Positions 54,561 to 63,168 of a DNA stretch of 64,000 nt are shown here, in pieces (within the stretch, counting starts at the first letter, position 1; every line of letters begins with the position of its first letter). Location: positions 1,470 to 65,469 of the forward strand of contig WRIV01000012.1 of NCBI GenBank assembly GCA_009782555.1, read 5' to 3'. Source of the stretch: Treponema sp. (lineage in GTDB: Bacteria; Spirochaetota; Spirochaetia; Treponematales; Breznakiellaceae). The position numbers and the translations under genes were made by a program. The notes below the pieces were generated by a model. That model did no database searches and was not told the origin of the DNA. It saw only the letters and a program-made list of their open reading frames with translations.

Positions 54561-55940
54561 TTACCAGTTGTCGTTGAGGGGGGACAGGGGTACGCCGTTA
54601 ACGCTTACCGTACCCCCATAATTAACAACATTGGAACTGAGCGCTATACGCATATTACCGCGGATACTGCCATTAGCCCCCGGCGTCGCGGGGCTCACAA
54701 TGTTTAAAGTACCCCCAGACACATATACCCCGCCGGCCGCCGACGGGCTATCGGTGGTGTTGCCGGTGATGCTCCCGCCGGATATGGTAAAGGCAGCTGT
54801 ACTACCAGCAGGAGCAAATATACTCACCCCGCCGGTACCTCCGCCGGAGACACTACAGTTGCTGATGGTGCTGCCGCCGGTCATAGTAAAGGCAGCTGTA
54901 CCACCAACAAGAGGATGTAGATACACCCCGCCGCCGGCACTGCCGCCGGAGACACTACAGTTGCTGATGGTGCTGCCGATCATGGTAAAGGCAGCTGTAC
55001 CACCACTAACACCAACAGGAGTAGATATATCCACCCCGCCGGCACCGCTGCCGAATAAACGACAGTTGCTGATGGTGCTGCCGGTCATGGTAAAGGCAGC
55101 TGTACCACCATCAGAAGCAGATATATTCACCCCGCCGGCAGCGCTGCTACCGCCTGCTCTATAGTTACTGATGGTGCTGCCGGTCATAGAGAAGGTTCCG
55201 TTGTTTATTTGCACCGCCGGACCCGTGTGTGTGTGGTTGGGGCCGCCGCCATCCAGGGTCAGGGGCCCCTTCAGGTTTAAGGTTGCGCCGGAGTTTACTC
55301 TAAAGAGGTTAGGCATAATGGACACTGCAGTAATCGTAACGGGCCTTTCCGCCCGTAAGGTGATGGAGCGCACTATGGAAATACCGTTATTGCTGGTGCC
55401 CGCGGTAGAAAAACTATTTTTTATAAAAATAATTTCTTCCCTTAGAGAATTCGCGTCTTGGCTGCACGCCACATCCAGCTGGTCCCAGTTTGTTACCTCC
55501 ATGGCGCTCGTCATGTCTATGGAGACCGGGACGGCGGCGCCCCCCCGGACGGTTACCTCCTGTTCCCCAAAGGCCCGGAGTATCATTGTGCCGGCGGGGA
55601 AGGGGTTGGGTATTGGTACTCCTACCGTTAAATTAAGACCATTGGGATCTCCCAGGGCCCGGACCGTAACCTGGTAGTTTCCGGGGACCACCTTAACCAC
55701 CGCGGAGGCGCCGCCAAAATCGAACCGCTGGGTTCCGCCGGGGCCCTTTAGGATTAATTCGTAGGTAAGGGGGATGGTCGGTTGATCATTACTGTCTAAA
55801 ACAACCAGCTGCCGGGAAAGGCCCTGGTTCCCCAGGGATATGCGGAGTTCCGTTTCGTCCCCCGCCCAGGGGCTAAAACATGCGGTCAGGGCCAGGGCAA
55901 AACAACCCGCCAGCAAAAATGGGCTGATCATTTTTTTCAT
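54561..55940 (-). CDS. Surface lipoprotein with an Ig-like N-terminal region and beta-helix-type tandem repeats
   Basis: 459 aa. Canonical lipobox: FLLAGC. Five repeats of about 33-35 aa of the form FTMTGSTISNC..GG.AGGV....GGTAA. Confidence 0.75.
   Translation of the reverse strand: MKKMISPFLLAGCFALALTACFSPWAGDETELRISLGNQGLSRQLVVLDSNDQPTIPLTYELILKGPGGTQRFDFGGASAVVKVVPGNYQVTVRALGDPNGLNLTVGVPIPNPFPAGTMILRAFGEQEVTVRGGAAVPVSIDMTSAMEVTNWDQLDVACSQDANSLREEIIFIKNSFSTAGTSNNGISIVRSITLRAERPVTITAVSIMPNLFRVNSGATLNLKGPLTLDGGGPNHTHTGPAVQINNGTFSMTGSTISNYRAGGSSAAGGVNISASDGGTAAFTMTGSTISNCRLFGSGAGGVDISTPVGVSGGTAAFTMIGSTISNCSVSGGSAGGGVYLHPLVGGTAAFTMTGGSTISNCSVSGGGTGGVSIFAPAGSTAAFTISGGSITGNTTDSPSAAGGVYVSGGTLNIVSPATPGANGSIRGNMRIALSSNVVNYGGTVSVNGVPLSPLNDNW
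54700..55205 (-). repeat. Five tandem, roughly 100-bp coding repeats inside the lipoprotein gene
   Basis: The string GTTGCTGATGGTGCTGCC recurs starting near 54858, 54960 and 55064, with a variant GTTACTGATGGTGCTGCC near 55164. This matches the 33-35 aa protein repeat. Confidence 0.85.
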
Positions 55941-56635
55941 GCCAGACTCCTTGTTTTTTTAAAACCGCAGTTTTAAAAAAATCTACTATGGTCTAAGCAT
56001 AGGGCACTATGGCGGGATTGTCTATCTTTTTTCCTAAAAGGGGCATTGAATTCAAAAAAATCTAAATATTTGATCTAAATATTTGATAAGTAAATTAATG
56101 CGAATTCTTGCTGGCAAAGCAAAAAATATAGATATTTAATAAACTTAAGGTATACTTCCCCTATAGTTGACCTCTATAAGTAATAGTCTACAGCTATTGG
56201 AGTGAATTATAGGGGCAAAAATGTCCATGCGTAAGAAAGCCGCGCTTATCCTCATATCTTACTGCCTGCACACTCCGGCCATACTGGAAAAGGCAGCGGG
56301 ACAAAAAGATATCGAGGCGGTAATAATTGGAATTTATCCATAGTCTGCCATAAAGACTCAAAAAGTAATCAAGCAGGAACAAATAGCGTTATAGAAGACT
56401 TACAAAAAAATATTTCCGAACCATCGGCAAAAAAAACGCCGTTTGAATTTTTGCCGGACGGGTATATAATCTTTGAACAATTTTATGGCGATTTGAACGG
56501 CGATGGAAATGTATAAATCATACAAACAGCCGCTTATTTAACCGTTTTTTTACCGTTATCTAATAACAATATAACAATTTATTTTTATGTTTATTACAAA
56601 AAGTTTTTTTAACCCTATACTTTTGGAGTGTTATT

Positions 56636-57475
56636 ATGGAACCTGTAATAAAAATCAGAGACAAAAAAAATTTAAAAATTTTACAAAAGATTTTGGAAGA
56701 AAAGAATATTATACCCGTATATCAGCCCATAGTATCGTTAATAGACGGTCAGATTTTCGGATATGAAGCCTTTACAAAAATATTTGATAAAACTCCCGGG
56801 TTAAATATTGGGCATATATTTAAATTTGCCGAAAAAATGAACAAACTGTGGGAACTTGAAGCATTGTGCAGAAAAAAATCATTAAAAAACGCAAAAAATA
56901 TTGACCCCGATAAGAAACTTTTTCTTAATGTAAACCCTAATACAATCCATGATCCGGAATTTAAGAACGGTTTTACAAAAGACTATCTGTTAAAATACGG
57001 ACTTGATTTTCTTGATATTGTATTTGAAATTACCGAACGAAATGTTATAATGGATAAAGAAGCGTTTTTAGAATCAATCGAATATTACAGAAAACAAAAA
57101 TTCAAAATCTCCATTGATGATGTCGGTTCAGGGTATTCGGGGCTAAATACCATCAATGATATTAGACCAGATATTATAAAGCTGGATATGAGTCTTATCA
57201 AAGATATTGATAAAGATGAAGTTAAAAAACATTTATGCAAAGCCATAATTAGTTTTGGAAAAAATACCGGTACTAAAGTAATTGCGGAAGGAATAGAAAA
57301 CAGGGAGGAACTGAAAACACTCATTAAAATAAACGCTGAATTTGGGCAGGGATACTTCCTGGGCATGCCTAAAGAAAAGTTTGAAGATATAGCACCGGAA
57401 AAAAAAGAACTTATTAAGAAATATCAAGAAAAAAAATTAAAAACAGCAAAAGTAAAACATACCGCAAAAAGCTAG
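56636..57475 (+). CDS. Stand-alone EAL-domain protein (predicted c-di-GMP phosphodiesterase)
   Basis: 279 aa. Motifs: YQPIVSL..G.IFGYEAF (the EAL triplet reads EAF), NVNP, FEITE, SIDDVGSGYSGL, KLDMSLI, AEGIE, GQGYFLG. The catalytic residue set appears complete. GGAG RBS. Confidence 0.85.
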   Translation: MEPVIKIRDKKNLKILQKILEEKNIIPVYQPIVSLIDGQIFGYEAFTKIFDKTPGLNIGHIFKFAEKMNKLWELEALCRKKSLKNAKNIDPDKKLFLNVNPNTIHDPEFKNGFTKDYLLKYGLDFLDIVFEITERNVIMDKEAFLESIEYYRKQKFKISIDDVGSGYSGLNTINDIRPDIIKLDMSLIKDIDKDEVKKHLCKAIISFGKNTGTKVIAEGIENREELKTLIKINAEFGQGYFLGMPKEKFEDIAPEKKELIKKYQEKKLKTAKVKHTAKS

Positions 57476-57498
57476 GACAATTTCCAGCAAAAAATTCA

Positions 57499-57527
57499 TT
57501 GACAAGGGTTTTAAAATATGATATAAA
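57499..57527 (+). promoter_or_regulatory. Sigma70-type promoter preceding a roughly 170-nt leader of the CPBP gene
   Basis: TTGACA (57499-57504), a 17-nt spacer and TATAAA (57522-57527). Confidence 0.55.
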
Positions 57528-57702
57528 AATAATAATAAAAAAGTCTTTTATAATTCCCGCCGCCCTGATATTTTCGGAGGTATTTACCGCCTAGAGCAAG
57601 CGGCATCGGATAACTGCCGGAAAGCATCATAGATGCTAATTCCGGTTTAATGGGCGTATTCTATAACAAAGACCAATAGGGCAGGCTTTATAAGGAATTA
57701 TT

Positions 57703-58542
57703 GTGAAACTGGAAAAATACCGCCATCCCTTTTTATTCTACGGAATTGCAGTTATTGTTCCCTGGGCGCTTTGGTTTACCCTGGGGGCAATTTCACATTC
57801 GGCTCTCTGGGATAATCGGAGCTGGTTTATCTTTGGCAGCATACTTGGGATTATCGGGCTATGCGCACCCTTAGCGGCGGCTATGATCCTTATACTGCCG
57901 GATAAAGAACTGCGGGACGAGCTAAAAGCCGCGTGCACCAGCAGTTTCAAGGGAATTCATTTTGGCTGGTATATGCTGGTTTTCCTTTTTCCGTTTGCGG
58001 TAATACTTTTGGCGCAGGCAATATCCCTGTTCTTTGGGCACAGTACGGAACAATTCAAATTTGTGGAAATTTTTTCTTTTAGCGCCGGTATTTTTCCGGC
58101 CTGGTTTCTAATGGCAATTGCTCCGGTTATCGAGGAATTCGGCTGGCACACTTATGGTATCCATTGTGTCCGCCGCCGCTTTAACCTTTTTACCACTTGT
58201 TTTATTTTCGGAATTATCTGGGGAATGTGGCATATGCCGCTTTCCACCGTAAAAGATTACTATCAAAGCGTTGTCATGGAAACAGGCATTATCTATTCAA
58301 TTAATTTTCTTGTCAGCCTTATTCCATACCTAATCATTGACAACTGGACTTACTACAAAACCAAAAGGAATATGTTTCTGCAGGTATTCCAGCATCTTGT
58401 ATTTGGGTTTTCCATGGAACTGTTTTGCACTCATCCTGACAGCAAAGTTATACATACTGTCATTCTTATAATTGTGGCAACAGTTATCGTAATTAAGGAT
58501 CGCAGATTCTTTTTTGATAAATCATACGAAGAACAAAATTAA
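57703..58542 (+). CDS. CPBP-family (CAAX/Abi) intramembrane glutamic endopeptidase
   Basis: 279 aa with a GTG start preceded by AAGGAA. Polytopic. Motifs EEFGWH (EExxxR-type, motif 1) and FGIIWGMWH (motif 2). Confidence 0.75.
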   Translation: MKLEKYRHPFLFYGIAVIVPWALWFTLGAISHSALWDNRSWFIFGSILGIIGLCAPLAAAMILILPDKELRDELKAACTSSFKGIHFGWYMLVFLFPFAVILLAQAISLFFGHSTEQFKFVEIFSFSAGIFPAWFLMAIAPVIEEFGWHTYGIHCVRRRFNLFTTCFIFGIIWGMWHMPLSTVKDYYQSVVMETGIIYSINFLVSLIPYLIIDNWTYYKTKRNMFLQVFQHLVFGFSMELFCTHPDSKVIHTVILIIVATVIVIKDRRFFFDKSYEEQN

Positions 58543-58560
58543 TACCAAAGGTGATCGGCA

Positions 58561-59424
58561 GTGAAAAAAAGAAATATTGTTTTGCTGATACTATTTTCCT
58601 GTTTTTTATGGGCGCCCGTTTTTGGACAAGATCAAAACAATGAAAATGAAATAGAAAGCGGAATAAAAAGTGAAATTGTACCATTATCAATGGTGTTTCA
58701 TAACATTGGCTGGAACGCTTTGCATTCTATAACATGCAATTATGGGTTGAATTTTATTGGAGCAGGATTTTGTACATTGGCCTTTATTGAAACCGGGCTT
58801 GATTGGAAATGGAACCGGCTTGCCTATAACAACGAATGGATGCCAAAGGTTGGAGGAAATGCTAATTATATTGGGTATGCGGTTCCCGTCCTTACCCCTG
58901 TTGTATTGTACCTAACAGGCATTTCGAAAAAAGACGAGAAGCTGCAAATTACCGGCTTGGCATTGGCCCAATCATTCATGCTGACGACGGTAATTCAAAC
59001 GCCGTTAAAAATAGCTACAGGACGAACCTGGCCCGGCCTAGCGGATGGATGGGATTCGCCTTTAAGCAAACGGAGCGGCAGAACAGAGGATTATAGCAGG
59101 GAATTTGACTGGTTTAATTTTGATGCCGTTGGAGGATGGCCAAGCGGTCATACTGCCAATGCTTTTTCAGCTGCGGCGACAATAGCACAAATTTATTATG
59201 ATAATCTTTCTTTAAAGATCGCATTATATTCCTATGCTTCATTGATTGGTTTAGGCATGTCTATTTACGATCATTGGGCTTCCGATGTAATTGCAGGCGC
59301 ATTAATTGGACTTGCAATCGGCACAACAGTAGGAAAAAGCTACCGTAATTTAATCGAAAGCAAAGAAAGCAAAATAACATTTTATGCGGCGCCCAATTCG
59401 GTGGGGATAATAATAAAAATATGA
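58561..59424 (+). CDS. PAP2-superfamily phosphatase (secreted or membrane-associated)
   Basis: 287 aa with a GTG start and a signal peptide. PAP2 motifs: KIATGRTWP, PSGHT, DHWASDV. Confidence 0.8.
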   Translation: MKKRNIVLLILFSCFLWAPVFGQDQNNENEIESGIKSEIVPLSMVFHNIGWNALHSITCNYGLNFIGAGFCTLAFIETGLDWKWNRLAYNNEWMPKVGGNANYIGYAVPVLTPVVLYLTGISKKDEKLQITGLALAQSFMLTTVIQTPLKIATGRTWPGLADGWDSPLSKRSGRTEDYSREFDWFNFDAVGGWPSGHTANAFSAAATIAQIYYDNLSLKIALYSYASLIGLGMSIYDHWASDVIAGALIGLAIGTTVGKSYRNLIESKESKITFYAAPNSVGIIIKI

Positions 59425-59492
59425 AAACGTAAGATAAGCCTGTCTGTGGAAGATAACTTGTACGAAACCGGGAACAATGATACACTCATAGA

Positions 59493-60386
59493 ATGGAAAC
59501 CCTCTCCGCTGCGTTTCGGGATGTCATAAAAGAAGCGGTGGCCCGTTCAAGGGCCGATGTAAAAATTACAGAGGATAATGTGTATCAGCCGGGGAACGGC
59601 GAAATACGGCCCCTGCTGGATAAAATAGTGGAAAGCCTGGCTCTTCCCGGATCGGGGATCAGCGGCATGGAAAACATCCGGGAATTGCACCGCCTCCTCA
59701 AAGAGGGCCATTCCTGCCTCTTCCTTCTGGAGCATTACAGCAATCTGGATCTTTCCCTCTTTGATAGTTTCCTCCGCAGCGAAGAAGGGGGCGTTCCCAT
59801 CGCCGATGCCCTGGTTGCCGTCGCAGGGATGAAATTGAACGAAGATAATCCCGTGGTGGCCGCCTTTGCCAGCGCCTATACGCGGATTGTGATTTGCCCC
59901 AGCCGTTCTCTTCAGGGGCTGGACCCGGAAAAAGACAAGGAAGAACTGATCCGCAGCGCCGTAATTAACCGCGCCGCCACCAGGGCCCTGATCCGGATCA
60001 AAAAAAAGGGCGGCCTGGTTTTGGTTTTTCCTTCCGGTACCCGCTACCGCCCCGGAGATCCTTCTACCAAGCGGGGTGTCCGGGAAATTGATTCCTACAT
60101 ACGGCTCTTTGATTATATGTGTCCCGTGGCGATCAACGGCGAAGTTTTGCATATCCGGCCCGGAGATATGATGGACGATTTTGTAAGCCAGGATTTGGTC
60201 CGCTTTACTGCGGGACCAGTCCTGGATTGTCCCGCCTTTCGGGAAGAGGTCCGCTTAAAGGCAGAAAAAGCCGGGGTAGAGGACAAAAAACAGGCCGTAG
60301 TAGACGCCATAATGGAACTGCTGGAAGGACTCCACGCCGAAGGCGAACGGCAAAAGCCGCAAGCTCCAACAACAGCCCCGCCCTAA
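59493..60386 (+). CDS. PlsC-family phospholipid/glycerol acyltransferase
   Basis: 297 aa. HX4D motif (EHYSNLD) and an FPSGTR block. G+C content returns to the flanking level here. Confidence 0.7.
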   Translation: METLSAAFRDVIKEAVARSRADVKITEDNVYQPGNGEIRPLLDKIVESLALPGSGISGMENIRELHRLLKEGHSCLFLLEHYSNLDLSLFDSFLRSEEGGVPIADALVAVAGMKLNEDNPVVAAFASAYTRIVICPSRSLQGLDPEKDKEELIRSAVINRAATRALIRIKKKGGLVLVFPSGTRYRPGDPSTKRGVREIDSYIRLFDYMCPVAINGEVLHIRPGDMMDDFVSQDLVRFTAGPVLDCPAFREEVRLKAEKAGVEDKKQAVVDAIMELLEGLHAEGERQKPQAPTTAPP

Positions 60387-60422
60387 AGGGGCCGGGTATT
60401 AAGTATCTAATACAAATAAAAC

Positions 60423-60956
60423 TTATACTGCAGTATACCCCGCCCGGATCGCCTCTGCATTTTTTGCAATTAAGCCATGCTTGCCGGGGGGAAAAAAGTT
60501 TTCCAGGATTGTATCCATTTCTGTCAAAGCAAGCGCTCCGGTCAGACGGGCCATAGCTCCCAATGCAACCATGTTGGCAAAACGTACATGACCTATCTGT
60601 TCTGCCAGGGCGGATGCTTCCAAATATATGGCTCTTATATTATTCTGCCGGGGTTTTTCTTTTACCAGGGTGGAATTGATAACCATTAATCCATCGTCTT
60701 TTAGAATTTTTTCGCAGACAGGAAGGGAGTCGCTGTTCATTACCAGCACCGAATCGGCGGTGGTTACCAGGGGGCTGGCGATTTCATTGTCGGAAACGAT
60801 AACGCTGGCCCGGGCAATGCCTCCCCGTTTTTCCGCTCCATAAAATGGGAAGAAGGTAACGTTCTTGCCTTCTTTCATGGCGAAATATACCCAGATTTGT
60901 CCCAGAGAAACGATACCCTGGCCGCCAAATCCGGCAAAGAACGATTTTTCCATCAT
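60423..60956 (-). CDS. korG: 2-oxoacid:ferredoxin oxidoreductase, gamma subunit
   Basis: Start set to the Met at 60956, overlapping the beta-subunit stop. About 178 aa. Begins MMEKSFFAGFGGQGIVSLG. Confidence 0.85.
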   Translation of the reverse strand: MMEKSFFAGFGGQGIVSLGQIWVYFAMKEGKNVTFFPFYGAEKRGGIARASVIVSDNEIASPLVTTADSVLVMNSDSLPVCEKILKDDGLMVINSTLVKEKPRQNNIRAIYLEASALAEQIGHVRFANMVALGAMARLTGALALTEMDTILENFFPPGKHGLIAKNAEAIRAGYTAV

Positions 60957-61726
60957 TATGCTGCAAGCTCCTTTGCCTTTGTGCTGAAGGTGTTTTTTAT
61001 TTCGCCCAGGGAAAATACGGGGATCATATTGTCTTCCAGCCACTGGATTGCCTCGACCGGTTCCATGCTCCAGTTGGTGGGACAAGGAGAAAGAACTTCC
61101 ACCATGGTAAATCCTATTCCCGACATCTGGGCTTCGAATGCTTTTTTAATATAACCCTTGGTTTTGCGCACATTGGCGGCATTGTTAACCGCTCCCCGGG
61201 CGGCATAACGGGTTCCATCCAACTGAGCAAGAAGTTCGCTTACCCGTATGGGATACCCCATGCCCGCCTCATCCGCGTCCCGCCCATTGGGTGCGGTAGA
61301 GGCTTTTTGTCCGATAAGGGTAGTGGGAGCCATCTGCCCGCCGGTCATGCCGTAGATGGCATTGTTCACAAAAATCGTGGTGAATTTTTCTCCCCTGTTG
61401 GCGGCGTGGATCATTTCTGCCGTGCCGATGGCGGCCATGTCACCGTCTCCCTGATAGCAGATCACCAGATGATCCGGCAGTACCCGTTTAACCCCGGTGG
61501 CAGCCGCGGGAGTTCTGCCGTGGGGGGGCTGTACGGAATCAAAATCAAAGTATAGGTCCGCCCAGATCGAACACCCCACGGGGTTGGTAATGATCGCCCT
61601 TTCCCTCAATCCCATTTCATCAATCACCTGGGTAATGATCCGGTGGATTACCCCATGACCGCAGCCGCCGCAGTATTTTGTTTGTACCCTACAGAGGCTT
61701 TCCGGGTGTCCGTACAGTTTTTTCAT
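60956..61726 (-). CDS. korB: 2-oxoacid:ferredoxin oxidoreductase, beta (TPP-binding) subunit
   Basis: 256 aa. Motifs: YCGGCGHG and GDGDMAAIG. Confidence 0.9.
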   Translation of the reverse strand: MKKLYGHPESLCRVQTKYCGGCGHGVIHRIITQVIDEMGLRERAIITNPVGCSIWADLYFDFDSVQPPHGRTPAAATGVKRVLPDHLVICYQGDGDMAAIGTAEMIHAANRGEKFTTIFVNNAIYGMTGGQMAPTTLIGQKASTAPNGRDADEAGMGYPIRVSELLAQLDGTRYAARGAVNNAANVRKTKGYIKKAFEAQMSGIGFTMVEVLSPCPTNWSMEPVEAIQWLEDNMIPVFSLGEIKNTFSTKAKELAA

Positions 61727-61742
61727 TTTACTTCCTAATTAT

Positions 61743-62828
61743 TTATTTTTCGATCTGCAGAATCCGTTTAATTTCCGCAAAGACTTCGCCTTCTGTGGGA
61801 ATTACTCCGCCGGTATGCCCCAATAAATAAATACCGGGCCGTTTTGTTCCATTGGGTATTTCCAGAGTGGCAAGTTTAACATCTTCCACCATTTGGCCCA
61901 GGCTCATCTCCACCGTAAGAATTGGCTTTCCGGCGGCGGCGATTTTTCCAAGTGCTTTGTAAGGGAAAGGCCACAGAGTAATGGGCCTAAAAAGCCCCGC
62001 CCGGATGCCTGCCTTTTCTGCAAGCTGTTTGGCGCCCAGGCACACCCGGGCGCAGGTTCCATAGGCCGCCAAAATTATATCCGCATCTTCGGCGCCCAAA
62101 AATTCATGGCGGGTTTCTGCCGCTTTAATTTCTTCGTATCGTTTAAACCGGGCCATGGTGAGCTCTTCCAGTTCTTCGGGAACAAGATGAATAGAAGTGA
62201 CGTGCCGGGGGGCCCGGCATTTCATTTTGCCTACCACCCAGTCAGGGCGGGGCAGATCTTCGGGAGATTTATCCGGGGGCAGTACAACGCCTTCCATCAT
62301 CTGGCCGATCATGCCATCGGCCTGGACAATTACCGGCATGCGGTATTTATCTGCCAGGTCAAAAGCTTCGTAGGTAAAATCTGCAGCTTCCTGCACGCTT
62401 TTGGGGGCCAGCACGATACAGTAATAGTCGCCGTGGCCGCCCCCCCGGGTAGATTGAAAATAATCCGCCTGGGACGGGGCAATATTACCAAGTCCCGGCC
62501 CGCCCCGGACCACATTAATCAGAACCAGGGGAACATCCGCTCCGGCGGCATAACTCATTGCTTCCTGTTTAAGGCTTATGCCGGGACTGGAAGAGCTGGT
62601 CATGGCTCTAGCCCCGGCACAGGAAGCTCCATAGACCATGTTGATTGCTGCGATCTCGCTTTCGGCCTGAATAAAAATGCGGTCCTTTTCGAGCATATGC
62701 TTTGCCATGTAGGCCGTAATCTCATTTTGAGGGGTAATCGGATAGCCAAAGTAAGCGCCGCAGCCCGCTCGGATTGCCGCCTCGCTCATGGCTTCGTTTC
62801 CCTTCAATAAAACTGTATTGTTCACCAA
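61743..62828 (-). CDS. korA: 2-oxoacid:ferredoxin oxidoreductase, alpha subunit
   Basis: 361 aa. Begins LKGNEAMSEAAIRAGCGAYFGYPITPQNEI. Confidence 0.9.
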   Translation of the reverse strand: MVNNTVLLKGNEAMSEAAIRAGCGAYFGYPITPQNEITAYMAKHMLEKDRIFIQAESEIAAINMVYGASCAGARAMTSSSSPGISLKQEAMSYAAGADVPLVLINVVRGGPGLGNIAPSQADYFQSTRGGGHGDYYCIVLAPKSVQEAADFTYEAFDLADKYRMPVIVQADGMIGQMMEGVVLPPDKSPEDLPRPDWVVGKMKCRAPRHVTSIHLVPEELEELTMARFKRYEEIKAAETRHEFLGAEDADIILAAYGTCARVCLGAKQLAEKAGIRAGLFRPITLWPFPYKALGKIAAAGKPILTVEMSLGQMVEDVKLATLEIPNGTKRPGIYLLGHTGGVIPTEGEVFAEIKRILQIEK

Positions 62829-62835
62829 TACTCCT

Positions 62836-63054
62836 TTATGCGATTTCGTAAATTTCTATGCAGACATCGGGGCAAACTTCGTAACAGTTGCCGCAGGCGA
62901 TGCATTTTTCTTCATTTGTTATTTTGACCGGGTAGCTTCCCGACGCATTAATTTCCGTATCCGGTTCCAATATTTTTTGCGGGCAGGAACGGGTGCAGAG
63001 GTAGCAACCCTTACATTGTTCCCCGTCGATGACAATTTTTCCCTTCCTGGCCAT
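62836..63054 (-). CDS. korD: 2-oxoacid:ferredoxin oxidoreductase, delta subunit (2x[4Fe-4S] ferredoxin)
   Basis: Start set to the Met at 63054. 72 aa. Cluster motifs: CKGCYLCTRSCP and CIACGNCYEVCP. Confidence 0.85.
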   Translation of the reverse strand: MARKGKIVIDGEQCKGCYLCTRSCPQKILEPDTEINASGSYPVKITNEEKCIACGNCYEVCPDVCIEIYEIA

Positions 63055-63168
63055 GTAAACTCCTGTGTTAATTCTAACTGATAACCACAGGGTATTCAAG
63101 TTCCTTGCCTTGACAACAAAGACCGCCATGGTATTCTATAATGATTAAGATAATTATGGGAGATTTTT

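Larger units (their letters stand above)
55941..59480. other. A+T-rich islet (probable horizontally acquired segment)
   Basis: Abrupt compositional drop. Hand counts of sampled 60-nt lines give roughly 20-45% G+C here, against roughly 50-60% in the flanking genes. It holds a 695-bp non-coding stretch plus the EAL, CPBP and PAP2 genes. No integrase, tRNA or obvious flanking direct repeats. Confidence 0.55.

Noticed and set aside
56194-56382. 62-aa minus-strand ORF in the A+T-rich spacer.
   Set aside because: It has no RBS, an implausible composition and no motif. It also overlaps the possible plus-strand gene remnant.
61893-62810. 305-aa plus-strand ORF.
   Set aside because: It is antisense to korA, which has clear OFOR alpha-subunit motifs. 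It is a shadow ORF.
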